Shown here: one piece after another, positions 50,991 to 63,034 of the stretch
Numbering within the stretch: the first letter of the stretch is position 1
Layout: every line of letters begins with the position of its first letter
NCBI GenBank assembly: GCA_002104945.1
Contig: MCFH01000069.1
Span: 1 to 64,000, forward strand
Length of the DNA: 64,000 nucleotides
Reading direction: 5' to 3'
From: Piromyces finnis finn
Lineage: Eukaryota > Fungi > Neocallimastigomycota
Notes under the pieces: generated by a model
Databases searched by the model: none
Told to the model about the DNA's origin: nothing
The model's input: only the letters and a program-made list of their open reading frames with translations
Translations under genes and position numbers: made by a program

Positions 50991-52417
50991 ATAAAAAAAC
51001 ATTAAAGAAATCATCATGCACTAAAAAGGTTTTAACTTCTATATAGAAAATAATGCATATTCCAAAACTTATTCTAAAGCTGGTTATTATTATAGATATT
51101 TGTTAACATTCTTCTTTCTATTATAATAAAGCATATCAATCAAGTTTTGGTAAATAGTAAATTATTAGTTTATCAAATAGAATAATCAAATAGAATTTGT
51201 ACTCAATAAATATTATTATCTATCCCTTTCTATATTTCGTAAATAAATTATATATAATTTAACAAATTTAATAAATATAAAGCAACAAAATTAAAAAAAA
51301 AAAAAAAAAAAAAAAAACAGTTTAAAACAAATAAAACTATATTTTTATGAATTAATAAAACCTTTAAATTTTTAATTTTCTAAATGCATCATTTGAATAT
51401 TATAATATTAGATTTAAATAAAATAATTATATATGTTATTTTGTTTTATTTGTCATTAGTTTTAAATAAGAAAAACAAAATATTTAGGTCAATTTAAAAA
51501 AAATCATTAATAATCAACTTTAAACTATTTTCAGTATAAATTGTTAATTTAATATTATTAATATCATTAAAAGAATATTTTTAATTATAATTTTATTATT
51601 ACTACTACTTTTTCATCTTATTATCTTATTATCTTATTCTTTTTAAATCTTAATTTTGAATTACATTCAAAAGTCTTTTTTAATTGAACCACCTCCTTTT
51701 GGATAATTTAAAATGTAAAATATTAAACTTTATTTATTATAATTTTAACTTTTAATTTGAAACAAATATTAAAAAACAAAAAAATTAAAAAATACCTTTT
51801 AAAATTGTCGAATCAAAATCAATTATAATTCAAGATTTTCTTTTTTTTTTTAAAAAAAGTTTTTGAACCACCTCCTATTTTATTTTTTTTTTTTCTTTTA
51901 TAAACTGTATATTATATTTTGTTTTATAATATTTAAAGTTTATTAATATATTAAAATTATTAATATATGATAGCTATGAAAATTTAAAATACAAAAAAAA
52001 TTTTCTTTCTTATATACAATTTGTGGCTTGATTCTAGACCACTAAATATTTAATACAAATACATTAAATTAATACAAATACATAAATTGATGGGTTTGTA
52101 GAACAATGTAATAAATTAATAATATAAATTTAATTTAATTCTTTTGGTTGTTAATATCTTTTTTATTTATATTAAAAACTTTATTTATTATTATTTTTTA
52201 AATATTTTTAAATTAAAAATTTAAAATGAAACAAAAATTAATAAATCGGTGACACTCAAAATCTTAAAAATATTTTATATAAATTGCTAAATAAATTAAC
52301 ATTTTTTCTTCAAAAAAAAAAAAAAAAATATAAAAAATAAAAAGAAATATTAATTATTATTTTAAATAAATATAAAAAAACTTTATTTAAAATTAAAAGA
52401 TATTTTTTAAAAAAAAA

Positions 52418-55400
52418 ATGAGTAATTATTCATTTTTACTTACAATAGTTGTTGTTTTCAACTATTTATTATCATTTGCTTCTGCAGAAAATAATTATTA
52501 TATAATTTCTATTCAAAGAAGTAAAAAGGATAAGGAATATGACGATGAAAGTTTTAGGGTTCAACAAGAAATTTCAAAACTTGTCAACGATAGAATGAAT
52601 GATATCTATGATATTGTTTCTGATAATAAGGATTCATACGAATTAGAGGATGGATCACTTGACAAAAATTTAAAAGAGTTGGATGAAACTTCTCACTTAA
52701 GAAGACGCAGTGAAAGTACTGATGATAAAGAAGTAAAGTTTAACTTTTTTAAAAACCATAGAAGAAATAATTTAGAAAGTGAAAGTGAAAGTCACCATTC
52801 TATATCTTCTACAAATTCAACATCATCTTCTCCAAATGCTAATTTAGAAAATGAAAAGGTTGAGTATATTCCATTAGAATCTAAAATAGTTAGTCCTATT
52901 TGTCCAGTATTAAATTATTATGCTATTCGTGCATATCTTTCTGATGACATTGTTGAAGAAATTAAAAAATTACCAAATGTCATAGATGTTGAAGAAAACA
53001 TAAAAGAAGAATCCCATTTTAAATTTTATAATGAAGAAGAAATTTTAGATGAAACAAAATGGAGTAGATTAGGCGTCTTAGAAAATGGATTTGATTATGA
53101 TCTCAGATTTAGTCATTTATCATTAATTTCTCAAGGCAAATATATTGAAAAGGATAAATCATTTTATGATAACAATTATTATTATCCATCGTCTGCTGGT
53201 GAAGGAATTGATATTTTCATTATTGATACTGGATTACATACATCAGAAAGTAAATATGACTTTACTAATACTGATGAAAGAACCATATCATGTGATGCTG
53301 TATGTGCTAACAGTAGATGTAGAAATACTTATGAAAGTGAGAAATTAGATTGTGATGGAGGTTTTAAAGGCAAAATCGATTATTACCATGGAACTTATGT
53401 ATCAGCTGCAGCAGCAGGATTAGTTAATGGTGCTGCGAAAAAAGCTAATATTCATGTCATAGCAACAGATGCTTATATAGAAGATGCTTTAGCAGCTATG
53501 GATTACATTAAAATGAATGGAAAACCACACAAAACTGTTATTAATATTTCTCGTGGAAATAACTATTACATTATGTCATCTAATAATAAATTGAAAGAAT
53601 TAGCAAATTATGGTTTTATAACATTTGTTTCTGCAGGTAATTCCAATATTGATAGTTGTGATATCTCGTATTCAGGTTACGAAGGTGTAATACCAATTGG
53701 TGCTACTGATAATGCCCTTCTTACCACATATAAAACAATGGAAGATATGTATAAAAAAGCTTCTTATTCAAACTATGGTTCATGTGTTGTTTTACATGCA
53801 CCAGGAACATTAAGAATAACAAATAATCCATCGGATAATGGTTTAATCACTAAAGAAGGAACTTCCTTTGCATCTCCACTTGCTGCAGGTGTAGCAGCAA
53901 CAATTATGTCAGAAAATTCAAAAATTGAATTTGATTTTGAATTAATGAAACAAACATTAATAGATCTTTCATTAAAGGATGTTATTAGTGAAATGAATAA
54001 TAGAACACCAAATCGTTTTCTTAATAATGGTAAACATTCAATATATCAAGGACCAAGATGTGATGATCCATCTGGTGAATATTCCTGTGAAGATGGATGT
54101 TGTTCTAAATTTGGTCATTGTATTGATGTTAATACAAAATTCAATCGTTCAAAAGATTTATGTAATATAAGTAGTGAATGCCAAAGTGAATTTGGTATTT
54201 GTTATCCTTTAAAATGCAATAGTAAGTATGGTAAAGATGTTTGTTCTAGTAATGAATGTTGTTCTAAAGAGGGAACATGTGTCACAATTACAAACAGTCA
54301 AAATAGTAAATGTTTAATAGAAAATGGTTGTATTTACAAATTTGGAGGTAATTGCATAACATGGAATTTAAATAACATAGATAAAGTTGATAAAAAATAT
54401 CATGATATTATTTATGATCATAACTGTAAGCTTGAATTAGAACCATTTGAAAATTGTGTATTCAAGTATTATGATGATGATAAAAGATATAATTATATTT
54501 CAGAATTAGAATTAAACGAAATATGTGAAGAATACAATAAAAATAATTGTAGAGAATTCTTTAAATCACCATTTACATTTGCACCAAGTTGTGGAAAAGT
54601 TTCATCAATATATAAATATCCAGAAATTCCAGAAGATAAAAAGTCAAGATTTGAAATTGCAGAAAGAAATCTCATGTGTGCAAAGAAGAATGGAAATGAA
54701 GATATAAATGATTATTGTGATATTTCATACAAATTCTATGTTGATGGATATGATGATATATATGATGATAAAAGCTTTAAAGATGAATGTAAATATTATG
54801 AATGTCGTGAAAGTTTATATGAATATTATTTAGCTTTGTATAATATGGTTCCAAATCCAGATTATAGAAATATGATCAATTATATGAAATCAGATAAATG
54901 TATTTCTCAAGATCTTCGTTATATAACAACAACTACTACTACCACCACTACAACCACTACAACCACTACAACAACCACACCTACATCTTCTATTACAACA
55001 ACTACTACAACTACTACTGAAAAGATACCAACCTCTACAGTAAGTGGAAGATGTGGTCCAGAATATGGTGCATGTTCTAAAGCTGGAGAATGTTGTAGTA
55101 AGTGGGGATACTGTGGTACCTCATCAAAGCACTGTGAAGAAGGATGTCAAAGTGAATTTGGTAAATGTTTAAATACAAAGAAAACAACAACAACAACAAC
55201 AACAACTAAAACTAAAACAACTAAAACTACAAAAACATCAAGTACCAAGAAACCAACCAGTACTAAAAAGATTCCAACCTCTACAGTAAGTGGAAGATGT
55301 GGTTCAAAATATGGTAAGTGTTCTAAATCTAGTGAATGTTGCAGTCAATATAATTATTGTGGAACTACTTCCGAATATTGTGGTAAAGGATGTCAATCTG

Positions 55401-55420
55401 ATTTTGGTAAATGCTATTAA
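52418..55420 (+). CDS. Secreted subtilisin-like protease (S8) with prodomain, CBM18 modules, a Cys-rich region and Thr linkers
   Basis: DIFIIDTG (Asp), HGTYVSAAAAG (His), VSAGN, GTSFASP (Ser); GRCGPEYGACSKAGECCSKWGYCG and GRCGSKYGKCSKSSECCSQYNYCG CBM18, plus two degenerate modules after the protease. Confidence 0.93.
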   Translation: MSNYSFLLTIVVVFNYLLSFASAENNYYIISIQRSKKDKEYDDESFRVQQEISKLVNDRMNDIYDIVSDNKDSYELEDGSLDKNLKELDETSHLRRRSESTDDKEVKFNFFKNHRRNNLESESESHHSISSTNSTSSSPNANLENEKVEYIPLESKIVSPICPVLNYYAIRAYLSDDIVEEIKKLPNVIDVEENIKEESHFKFYNEEEILDETKWSRLGVLENGFDYDLRFSHLSLISQGKYIEKDKSFYDNNYYYPSSAGEGIDIFIIDTGLHTSESKYDFTNTDERTISCDAVCANSRCRNTYESEKLDCDGGFKGKIDYYHGTYVSAAAAGLVNGAAKKANIHVIATDAYIEDALAAMDYIKMNGKPHKTVINISRGNNYYIMSSNNKLKELANYGFITFVSAGNSNIDSCDISYSGYEGVIPIGATDNALLTTYKTMEDMYKKASYSNYGSCVVLHAPGTLRITNNPSDNGLITKEGTSFASPLAAGVAATIMSENSKIEFDFELMKQTLIDLSLKDVISEMNNRTPNRFLNNGKHSIYQGPRCDDPSGEYSCEDGCCSKFGHCIDVNTKFNRSKDLCNISSECQSEFGICYPLKCNSKYGKDVCSSNECCSKEGTCVTITNSQNSKCLIENGCIYKFGGNCITWNLNNIDKVDKKYHDIIYDHNCKLELEPFENCVFKYYDDDKRYNYISELELNEICEEYNKNNCREFFKSPFTFAPSCGKVSSIYKYPEIPEDKKSRFEIAERNLMCAKKNGNEDINDYCDISYKFYVDGYDDIYDDKSFKDECKYYECRESLYEYYLALYNMVPNPDYRNMINYMKSDKCISQDLRYITTTTTTTTTTTTTTTTTTPTSSITTTTTTTTEKIPTSTVSGRCGPEYGACSKAGECCSKWGYCGTSSKHCEEGCQSEFGKCLNTKKTTTTTTTTKTKTTKTTKTSSTKKPTSTKKIPTSTVSGRCGSKYGKCSKSSECCSQYNYCGTTSEYCGKGCQSDFGKCY

Positions 55421-55449
55421 AATGTCAAACTTCCATCTAAACTAAAACT

Positions 55450-55503
<54 letters not shown>

Positions 55504-56094
55504 AATAAAAAAAATTAATTTAATAAATAACTTTTAAAATAATTATATTTACTAAATATAAAAGGAAATATAATTAATTTAATTATCAATAATTAATACA
55601 TTTAAAAATAGAAATGAAACATTAATTAGATTATAATATAATATTTGTTTGTTTGCTTGTTTTTTTTAAATGATTTTAATAAAATGTATAAAAGAAATAA
55701 AGAAAAAAAATTCAGTAAATAAAATAAATAATAATAAAAAAATAAAATAAAATAAAATAAAAAAAAAAAAAAAAAAAAACTTTTTAAATGATTTTAAAGG
55801 AATAAAAATGGTTGAATTCTTGCTACTTTTTGAAATTTTATAACATACTACGATTTTATTTTATTTTTTTTTTTAATAATTTATAAAAAATTTAATATAA
55901 TGGATATATATATATATTTTTTTTATTAATATTTTCAAAAATATGATAGTTAATATAGGGGGTATATATTGATTTTCTATTATAGTATTTTTTTTTTTTA
56001 TTTTTTTATAAAAAATTAATATTATATATATATATTTGTAAACTTTGATTTTATTTTTAAAATAAAATAAAAAAAAAAAAAATAAAAATTTAAA

Positions 56095-59000
56095 TTATTC
56101 TTTTAATTTTTCTATAAATTTTGAAACTTTTTTTACTAAAGTAGAATTAAAATTATTTTTATAATTTAATATCTCATTGATGAAAAAATCAAAAACTTTT
56201 CTTTCACAATCATCAATTTCTTTTAAATACAATAAAACACTATTGATATTAATATTGGAAAAATCAAAATTTGGATAAAGTAAAGATTTTTTGAGCATGA
56301 TTTTTTGCAAATCAGAACTACATAATTTTAATAAATTATTATCATAATGAATAAAGTAGAATGTTTCATGGAATAATAAATTTAAAATAATTTTTTCTAG
56401 AAATTCAAGACCTTCTTGAAGCTGGTTTGCTGATGTTGCTTTCATATACAACCTTTGATATATACGTAATATAATTTTTGAATAATTTTCTTTTTTGTAA
56501 GAGGTAAAATGATGAACAAGTTCATGTTTAAGATACTCTTCTATAAATAATTTAAAATTTTTAAAATGAATTATGCCTAAATACATCAAGTTTTCTTTTT
56601 CTTGTAGTGACATTTCTCGGTTGGGATTTTCTTCAAACAAGTCAAACTCATCATCCAAAGGTAACATTCGTACTACAAAATCTTCAAGGTTAAACTTTGA
56701 ATAATCTAATAAATTGAATTTAAATAAATATTTGATTAACCAATCACTTTTTGCTGTTATAAACGGAAGCAATTCTGATGGTGTTGAGTACAAGGCAGAA
56801 GAATTTACTTCATAATCAAAAAATAGTTTTATCACATTATCATTACCATGGGAAATAATTTTATTTAGTAATGGCTTTGTCAGACAAAGCTTTTTTTTTT
56901 CTTTTAAAAGAATTTCTTGTAATTGAGTATTGGAAATTAACGTTTGATTTTTTGACCAGTTAATTAATCTTAAAACAAATTTATTATCAAAAGTGTAATA
57001 TTGAATAAAGGTTTTTAGAAATTGGATTATTTTTTCTTTTTTTTCATCATCATTATTTAGACAATTTTCATCTGGATTGTTTTTTGAAATATAATTATAA
57101 CTTGTTCTTTGACGCTTTTTTCGATGATTTGACTGTTTATGATTATCTTTACATCCTATTAATAATTCAATGTGATCTAATGTTAGGTTAAATCCATTGT
57201 TCAAAATAAATTTTATATTTTCTAGATGAAGGTTTTGAGTTTTATATAAATATGTAAGGATATCAAAAGTTTCATTTCTCTCATAATTATTCAATTTATA
57301 ATTTATATCGGCGTTTTGATCAATTAACAATTTTGAAATATCATATTTATTTAAATATAATGAAATAAAAAGTGGGGAGTAAGGTATATCAATCGTTGAA
57401 GATGCCAATGGAACTGTTCCAGTCAATGGATTTCCATTAGCATAATAAACCATATAATTTAATGAGGAATATTGAGAAATTAAGTAATTTATCATTTTTA
57501 AAGAGGCATTCGATTTTATAGCATAAGTTAATACATCTTCATTCATTTTATTAAATTGTGATAATGAAATGCAATTTTTTATCACAAAATCCTTTAATTC
57601 ATTAATTTGATTCAGCCTAACTTTTTCTAAAACAAAGTTTTGTATGGTTTCCCTGTTTTTCAATTGATTTAAATACTTTTCTTCTATCGGAATTTTAATA
57701 ATATTATTTTCGATATCGCTTATAAATTTATTTTTTATGTCACTGTCTGATTCCTCTAATTTAATTACATTATTTATTAAATCATTATAAATAATTTCCT
57801 TTCTTCTAATATCATATGAATATAAAATATTCAATTCTTCAGGATTATAATCCTGAAGGGTCATTGGATAAACCCAGCTACTATTAAATTTATTATTTTC
57901 TTCCATTAACAGATCATCAAACTGCTTTTTGGAAAGGCTAATTTTATTTCTAGAATACGAAAGGAATTTCAAAATAAAATTATTATTTAAAGTATAATAC
58001 TTTAAAAATTGGCTTAGGGAACAACGGGTATACTCAATAGAATGAAGAAATGATGCTATTTTTCTATTATCAATATCACTCTCATCCTTATAATAAAATA
58101 AATTGTGGTATAAAATGAAATTTAAATTTTTGTTATTTAATGTTTTACTGTTATATATCCAACGAAATATTAATTTATGGTCTTCTCCTTCAAATTTTTT
58201 TAATAAAAACTCTGAAATTTTAAATTTATTTTTGGAAAGTGCATAATATAAAAAGTGTAAATGACGATTTTTTATAAAGTTCTTGTCATCTTTTAAACAT
58301 TGATTAATAATAAAATTCAAAAGGTCAGGGCTCACATTATTTTCAATAGCCAATCCGATAATATCCTTTTTTTTAAAATTATGAACCTTAGGATCAAATA
58401 CTTTAAAATGAAATTTAGTTACACTAACATTATTGCTTTTTATGTAATCTTTAAGCTCTTTAAAATTATTTTGTTCAATTAATTTTGTTATATTTTCTTT
58501 ATCCTCGTTATAGGTTGTTGTATTTTCTAAACATTGTAATAATTTTGAATTGACATGAAATTTTAATTTTGAATTTTTCATTTTATTCAAAAAAGTATTT
58601 TTAAGTTCGGTTCTATTGGATGTTAAAACATCTTGAATATTTCGACTAACAAAGTCAACCTTTAATATATTACAAATATCTTCAACAATAATTTTATTTC
58701 CTCTAACATCATTATTGCATAAAATATTCAAAGCATTGTAATTATTCTTTTGAATTGCTGTTTTATAAAATGAAACATTAAAATCTACTTTTTTTACTTC
58801 ACTATCAATTAGATGTTGATAATTTGATTTAAAGAATGACAAGTTATTTTTATAACATAAAATCAGTTTTAAAACAAATTCTTTATTAAAAATAAAGAGT
58901 TCAAATATATAATTTAAAATGTCATTATAATCATTTTTTATTAAAAGATTGATTAACTGTGATGGTATATGACCTTCTTTTACAATTAAATAGTGAAATA

Positions 59001-59490
59001 TTTGTTTTAATAAATTATGGGTTACAGGATTATTTTCATAATTTGTATCTTTATCTAATAAGTCTATTATTAATTTTATTGGAATACTGTAATTTTTTGT
59101 CATTAAATAATTTAGATTTTTAGAATTTATTATATAATGTAAATTGTCAAAGGGTATACTGTTAAATTCTGCTCCATAATTTATTAAGATATCGGAAATG
59201 TCATATCGTTGTTTTTGAAGTGCACATGATAATGGTGTATTATATAATGGTGAATTATTCATATATTTATTATTAAAGGAAATATAATTTAAAGTACTAT
59301 ATCCTTTAACAATAATATATTCTATTATTTCTAAGGAGGCATTTTTCTCTATAAAATTTATTAGAATATCATTTTCAATGTAATTTAAAAAATTTTTGTT
59401 TTCTCCTTCAATCCATTTTACTTGAATTTTATTTTTTTCAAAATATTGTTTTAAATCAGTTTTTGAATTTATATTGTCATAGTCAACCAT
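56095..59490 (-). CDS. Large ankyrin-like protein (1131 aa) built from three tandem copies of a module of about 250 aa
   Basis: NTPLSCALQKQRYDISDILINYGAEFN, LYYALSKNKFKISEFLL and YSPLFISLYLNKYDISKLLIDQNADIN each sit inside a repeated module. Confidence 0.75.
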   Translation of the reverse strand: MVDYDNINSKTDLKQYFEKNKIQVKWIEGENKNFLNYIENDILINFIEKNASLEIIEYIIVKGYSTLNYISFNNKYMNNSPLYNTPLSCALQKQRYDISDILINYGAEFNSIPFDNLHYIINSKNLNYLMTKNYSIPIKLIIDLLDKDTNYENNPVTHNLLKQIFHYLIVKEGHIPSQLINLLIKNDYNDILNYIFELFIFNKEFVLKLILCYKNNLSFFKSNYQHLIDSEVKKVDFNVSFYKTAIQKNNYNALNILCNNDVRGNKIIVEDICNILKVDFVSRNIQDVLTSNRTELKNTFLNKMKNSKLKFHVNSKLLQCLENTTTYNEDKENITKLIEQNNFKELKDYIKSNNVSVTKFHFKVFDPKVHNFKKKDIIGLAIENNVSPDLLNFIINQCLKDDKNFIKNRHLHFLYYALSKNKFKISEFLLKKFEGEDHKLIFRWIYNSKTLNNKNLNFILYHNLFYYKDESDIDNRKIASFLHSIEYTRCSLSQFLKYYTLNNNFILKFLSYSRNKISLSKKQFDDLLMEENNKFNSSWVYPMTLQDYNPEELNILYSYDIRRKEIIYNDLINNVIKLEESDSDIKNKFISDIENNIIKIPIEEKYLNQLKNRETIQNFVLEKVRLNQINELKDFVIKNCISLSQFNKMNEDVLTYAIKSNASLKMINYLISQYSSLNYMVYYANGNPLTGTVPLASSTIDIPYSPLFISLYLNKYDISKLLIDQNADINYKLNNYERNETFDILTYLYKTQNLHLENIKFILNNGFNLTLDHIELLIGCKDNHKQSNHRKKRQRTSYNYISKNNPDENCLNNDDEKKEKIIQFLKTFIQYYTFDNKFVLRLINWSKNQTLISNTQLQEILLKEKKKLCLTKPLLNKIISHGNDNVIKLFFDYEVNSSALYSTPSELLPFITAKSDWLIKYLFKFNLLDYSKFNLEDFVVRMLPLDDEFDLFEENPNREMSLQEKENLMYLGIIHFKNFKLFIEEYLKHELVHHFTSYKKENYSKIILRIYQRLYMKATSANQLQEGLEFLEKIILNLLFHETFYFIHYDNNLLKLCSSDLQKIMLKKSLLYPNFDFSNININSVLLYLKEIDDCERKVFDFFINEILNYKNNFNSTLVKKVSKFIEKLKE

Positions 59491-61867
59491 TTCTTTATTA
59501 TATACATTTATGTTTTTAATAGGTTTTTCTTAAATATATCTATTTGGTAGAATTATTAAATGAACTTTTCATACTACGAATTAATTGAATTTATATTTAA
59601 AAAAAAAAAATATTATTAATAAATTCATTATAAAATTAACCAATAAAATTCATTCTATTAAATTCTATTAAATGAAATATTGGACAGGCTATAGAATTTG
59701 TTTTTATTTTAATAGTTTAAAAATGAATAGAATTAACAAAAGTGCTAAAAGATATTACAATAGTACAATTAAAAATATTTAATAATAAAATATTTAAAAA
59801 TATCAAATTTAAATATCAAGTCATTTATTAATAGAGCTATAATAAATTTTAACATTTTAACAAAGAATACATTACTTTTAATAAAAAAAAAAAAAAAAAA
59901 AAGCACTAAATTTTAAATAATACCATATACTATTTGATAATAATTCATTGATTCTTTTTATTTTTTTTATTAATGAAAATATAATAAAAGGGTCATTTTT
60001 ATTAATACTTTTAAAACTATATTTAAATATAATTTTTCTTATGTAACAAAGTCATTATCACCTTTTTTTTTTTTCCTTTTAACCATAAAGTTCTTCTTTA
60101 CATTATAATTAATGAGGAACTAAACAACTTTTATTAAATTTAATATAATTTTAATTAATAAAGTTTTTTGATAATTAATTACTCTTCTTTTTTTTTCAAC
60201 AATTCTTTATTTGTTATTATTATTTTTTATAGTTTTTTTTTATCTTTGTATCTACTACTATATTGTAATTATTATTATTACTTTTTACTTTTTATGTCTA
60301 GCACATAAATTATTAGTTGTTATAATTAAATTCTAAATATTATTTTTTAAACTATTTTTATAATTATTGTTTTTTTTTATTCTATTATTCTATTAATTTT
60401 TTTTATATATACATATAAAAAAATTGTGTGAAAAGCAAATAAATATTTTTTTTTTTTTTTTTTTAGGAAAAAGATTTTTCACTTATTTGAAATATAATTT
60501 AACCTTACAATTTTCGTCAGGATAAATACCGATAGTTTTCTTGTTAAATTTAATTTTACTAATATTAGCATATATTTTATTAGCAAATCTACAATTACTC
60601 TTAAAAACTAATAAAGAATTAAATTTAATAATGATTTCAAAATATTTATATATATATATTTTTCGTTATTCCTAATTTTCTTCTCTTTTTTTTTTTAATG
60701 ATAGTGGTGTCTATTCATCATTTGGATCTAGTATATATCTATTTTTAAAAATTCATTTTTCATTTTTTATGAGCTGCTGACACTCAAACTCCATCCTAGT
60801 CCAGGTCTGAATCTTTACTTGATTATAGTTTTTTTTTTTTTTTTAAATATTCTGTATCTATATTTAATAGCCAATAATATTACTTTTTGATTGATTTATA
60901 ATAAACTTTAATTTATAGTAAAAAAAAGTATCCCAAAAAAAAAAAAAATAAAGAAATTAAAATTTATTAAAAAATATATCCATATTATTTTGATACTTAC
61001 AATATTAATGGAAAACATAAAAAAATATTATAATTTATTAATTATAGCGTTATTTGTTTCTGTTGTATTTTTTAATATACATTCTTTAAATTATCAATAT
61101 ATTTATTAACACTTATTTTAGTATAAAATAATACATATAAAGTGATATTAATATATTTTTATGTTACAAAGATAACACTATAGTTATATAAAATCAAAAT
61201 TTATAATCAAATAGGTGAATGAGGCTATATAATTTTATTTAAAAATCTTAATGATAATAATATATATTACTAAAAGAAGGTATATTTAAAATGTCAATTT
61301 TGATATCATTATTAAAAATACTTATATTTTAAGAATATTATAATATTATTATTTGTATTCTAATACTATTTTATTTTTAATTCTCTTTTAAAAAAATTTA
61401 TAATTCATCAAACTTATAATACAATAGAAAAAATAATATATATTAAATTGTGAAATAAATATTAAACTATTTGAAATATAAATTACTCTATATCATCCTG
61501 ATAATTCTTCTTTAAAATAATACTTGTTATATTGAATTTATTTCATAGAAGAAAAATTATAATAATTTCTTACAACTAATAATAATATAAAATATTAATA
61601 AATAAAAATAATAATTAAAAAAATATTATTATCTATATTAATAATGTAGATATTGAATTTACATATATATGACAAAAAAACCAAATTATAAAATATATAA
61701 ATTATATGTAATTCAAACTTACATTAAATATTAATCTATTATCAAGGAGTTTTTTAGCTTTTCCAATTTCAATCATTTCACTTTTTTTAAGTAAAAATTC
61801 TTCACTTTCATTTATTGCAATAGATGAATTGGAATCTATTTATGGTATAATTAAAAATTTATATATA

Positions 61868-63034
61868 TTAATAAATAGTTAAAAAAAATATTAACTCTAT
61901 AATTCTTGTTAACATACTATGAAGGCTATTATCATCATCGCTTTCATATCCATATAGTTCTCTTTTCATTTTCAAAAATTTTCCATTTTCCATATATTCT
62001 AAATCAATCATATGTTTTTTTCTATAACTAATCAATAATTTAATGATTTCCTCATCTAAATTCAAAACAAATTTAATATCTTTTTCCCATAATTTTAAAG
62101 TTGTGTAATTATTCAATGCATACTCTACTAACATTTTAATCATATTAACATTATTATGGCTAACTGCAAAAAGAAGTGGATAATCTCCGAAATAATTATC
62201 TTTTAAATCGATTTTTAATTTTACATGATTATTAGATGCATAATCCATAAGTAATTTCATTATATCTGTATTATTTTGGAATGCTGCTCCTATTAACGGA
62301 TAACTATTGGTTGTTGTTGTTTCGTTTATTTCTAAGGTAGCATTAATTTTATCAGCATAGTCAATAAGTAATTTAATCATTTCAATATTATTATTTTGTA
62401 CTGCATTGAAGGCAGGGTAAAATCTATTTTGATCCATTTGATTAATTTCTAAAATAATATGATGATAATTAGTATATTCTATAAGTAATTTAATTATTTC
62501 CATATTATTATTTTTTGTTGCATATAAAAGTGGATATCCACCTTCTGTATCTGGTTCATTTAATTTTAATGTAATATTATTTTTATTAGCATATTCAATT
62601 AATATTTTAACAATTTCTAAATTATTTTTATCTGCCGCAATCAAAAGTGGATAAGGTGTATTATTTTCATTATTATTCATTTCTAAAATAATGTTGTGTT
62701 TATTAGCGTATTCTATAAGTAACTTTACTATTTCAATATTATCGTTGTTAATAGCAGATGTTAGAGGATAACTATTATATGCATTTTTCTCATCAACTGG
62801 CAAAATAATATTATGTTTTTCAGCATAGTTTATTAGTAATTGAACAATTTCAACATTATTTACATCGGTAGCTGCTAAAAGGGAACTATTTTCATTATAA
62901 AATGCTTTTTTATTTAAATCTAATATAGTATTATTTTTTTCTGATTCTCCTAGAATAGCTATAACAGATTTAATATCATTATTTTCAATAGCTCCTCTTA
63001 GTTTTCTTTCACTATTACCCCAGAAAAGAAACAT
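61868..63034 (-). CDS. Ankyrin-repeat protein with repeats of about 38 aa
   Basis: About seven YPLxxAxxNxNxEIVKLLIEYAxKxNIxLxxN repeats; first ATG at 63034 (track ORF starts at TTG). Confidence 0.88.
   Translation of the reverse strand: MFLFWGNSERKLRGAIENNDIKSVIAILGESEKNNTILDLNKKAFYNENSSLLAATDVNNVEIVQLLINYAEKHNIILPVDEKNAYNSYPLTSAINNDNIEIVKLLIEYANKHNIILEMNNNENNTPYPLLIAADKNNLEIVKILIEYANKNNITLKLNEPDTEGGYPLLYATKNNNMEIIKLLIEYTNYHHIILEINQMDQNRFYPAFNAVQNNNIEMIKLLIDYADKINATLEINETTTTNSYPLIGAAFQNNTDIMKLLMDYASNNHVKLKIDLKDNYFGDYPLLFAVSHNNVNMIKMLVEYALNNYTTLKLWEKDIKFVLNLDEEIIKLLISYRKKHMIDLEYMENGKFLKMKRELYGYESDDDNSLHSMLTRIIELIFFLTIY

Noticed and set aside
55455-55500. Long poly(A) after the subtilase as a sign of a retrocopy
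   Set aside because: Similar homopolymers are common throughout the window and no TSD is visible.
60500-60820. Possible micro-exons (NDSGVYSSFGS; ADTQTPS-stop)
   Set aside because: Too short, and no consistent start or splice chain without RNA data.
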